Shown here piece after piece: positions 62,560-64,000 of a stretch of 64,000 nucleotides of DNA. Made by a program: the position numbers and the translations under genes. The notes beneath the pieces were generated by a model, which searched no databases, was not told the origin of the DNA, and saw nothing but the letters and a program-made list of their open reading frames with translations. Position 1 is the stretch's first letter. The number at the start of each line of letters is the position of its first letter. The DNA is from Raillietiella orientalis. Its lineage: Eukaryota. The stretch is taken from positions 2,232,001 through 2,296,000 of the forward strand of contig JAYWIR010000025.1 in the NCBI GenBank assembly GCA_036172245.1. The letters run 5' to 3'.

Positions 62560-63420
62560 TCCTCCCTGGATGCTCTCCGGAGTGCACCCGAGAGGGAGGT
62601 TTCTCCGGCGTCCTTGCTGCAAAGCAATGCCTCCGCGAGCGGAGGGGCGCAGCCCTGACCTCGCCCGAGCCAGAGGACGCGCCCCGAGGGATGGAGACCC
62701 GGGCCAACGGACCGCCCTTGGTGGCGATGGCGGCGGCAGCCGCCGTGCCCGAAGGGACGTGACGGAGACGCAATTTCGGGTGCTGCCCTCCGCCTCTCCC
62801 AAACCGGCCCTCCCGATATCTCGTCCTTCGCTTCTTGACTCCTATTTTCAGAAGACTGGGCCGGGAAGCTCAGCCCTGGAGATCCTGACTAATTCCTTGG
62901 AGAAACGCGGAGTGAGGGAGACATGCCGCAAGGAGGAGGAGGAGGAGGAAGAAATCGCCCGTCGGTCGACACGTCGTCCGCAGTGCTCTGACGACCTTCG
63001 AGAAGGAAGGGGGGGATAGTGGTGCATGCGCGCCTTGGAATGCCCACCGTTGATGCCTCCAGATCGATGGCTCACTGGCGGAGCGGAAGTTCCAGGTGGC
63101 GCGAAGGCCTCCCGGCGAAAGCCGCCGACGCCGTCTCCTGGCGCGGACGGCTTCCAGGCATCCTCCCTGCCATCGTCTCTCCTGGGACCGAACGCCCCCG
63201 AGACTTCATCCATTCCGCTGTTCTCCCCCGCCGTTTCGAACCGCTCCACCACTCGGGGAGCCACCGCTCGTCAACCTCTGCATTCCTCTCAGAACATCCC
63301 GCGAGCTGCTTGGCGTCTTTCGTTTCGCTTGCGGTCCTGAACTGCCCTTCTCAGAGAGCGAGAGGTGGGGACACGCCCGTAGGGGAAGTCTTGGCCCTGA
63401 GAAATTGCAAGCGCAAGAAC
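62560..63420 (+). pseudogene. Decayed M12B/ADAMTS-like metalloprotease copy
   Basis: LSGVHPRGRFLRRP (NGVDLRYRLL..P); DSYFQ; SGAC; MAH; PGADG; AFLSEHPASCL (HFLNGDTATCL); GGDTPVG..LRNC. Confidence 0.6.
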
Positions 63421-64000
63421 AGGAGCAGCCAGATAATCGGAGGACGAAGAAGGCCGAGTTCTTTTCCTTTTTTTTGGTTCTTCCTCTCCCAGGATGCGCC
63501 TACTATTCTTCTCTTGACCTTCCCTGAGAACCGTAGGAGCAGCCAACGACGACTCTGCTGCCCATCGCCCCACCGCCGCTTCTTGGCCCGCGTCGTCAAG
63601 GACACCTAGGACCTCTTTGTGTTCTTCGACGGCTGCGAGAGGCTGCCACCAAGTTCTTTTAGTTTCTTGCCGGTTTTCCCCAACGACTCTGGAGGAGTCT
63701 CTTAGGGGCGCTTCTCCCTTGGAGCTTCCGACAGCAGCAGAGAGGCGCCCACCTTCCCCACCCCCTCCTCCCGCCGGTTTCTTCTAGCCCGACTCGAAGT
63801 CCCAGCCGCAGCGAGCCGCCGCCGCTTCCACCCGGTTGCCACGGCTCTCCCGTCCCTTCGCAGCTGACTACATGACGTCACGGTGTTCCGGAGGTTCCGC
63901 GCGAGGGCCCCTCCTCTAAGGAGGTATTCATTTTTTTTTTTTTTTTTTCTTACGAGCGAGATGATGATGCTGCAGAGAGGATCTCGGAAGGGGCGAAGGA

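Noticed and set aside
1..64000. CRISPR array, rRNA or prokaryotic operon/defence system
   Set aside because: No regularly spaced direct repeats, no rRNA-like segments and no gene-dense operon structure. The content is eukaryotic repeat and pseudogene DNA.

Overview
GC-rich eukaryotic genomic DNA, probably arthropod (inferred from the protein families seen). I can support no intact protein-coding gene, and the supplied ORF track is almost all spurious GC-rich ORFs or pieces of frameshifted relics. Reading across frames, most of the window appears tiled by about 30 heavily decayed, apparently intronless copies (0.5-1 kb each, both strands) of one gene fragment. That fragment is the catalytic M12B/reprolysin domain plus the Cys-rich tail of an arthropod ADAMTS-like 'Sol narae / venom metalloproteinase' protein. 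The motif order I compared against, recalled from memory, is YPEILV..D - FWNGVDLRY - PRIRISIAG - RDATPYL - DMGKYLF - LP.YDIAV - GFAYVGGAC - IEDTGGFSGIIVAAHEVGHLLGAVHDGSP - CRWEDG.IM - RGFRWSPCS - ATCL - LPG..LD.QC - VC.QL.C - AAEGSPCG..CL.G.C. About a dozen copies are well supported and the rest are tentative. I saw no copy with an intact HExxHxxGxxH. Interspersed are transposon relics (Ty3/gypsy x2, piggyBac, LINE RT, LINE RNase H, a NeSL/Utopia-type RLE retrotransposon 3' end, a possible THAP domain), two copies of a ~0.6 kb tRNA-headed SINE-like element, and simple repeats. All family calls come from manual motif recognition without searches, and coordinates of relics are approximate (+/- 50-100 bp).
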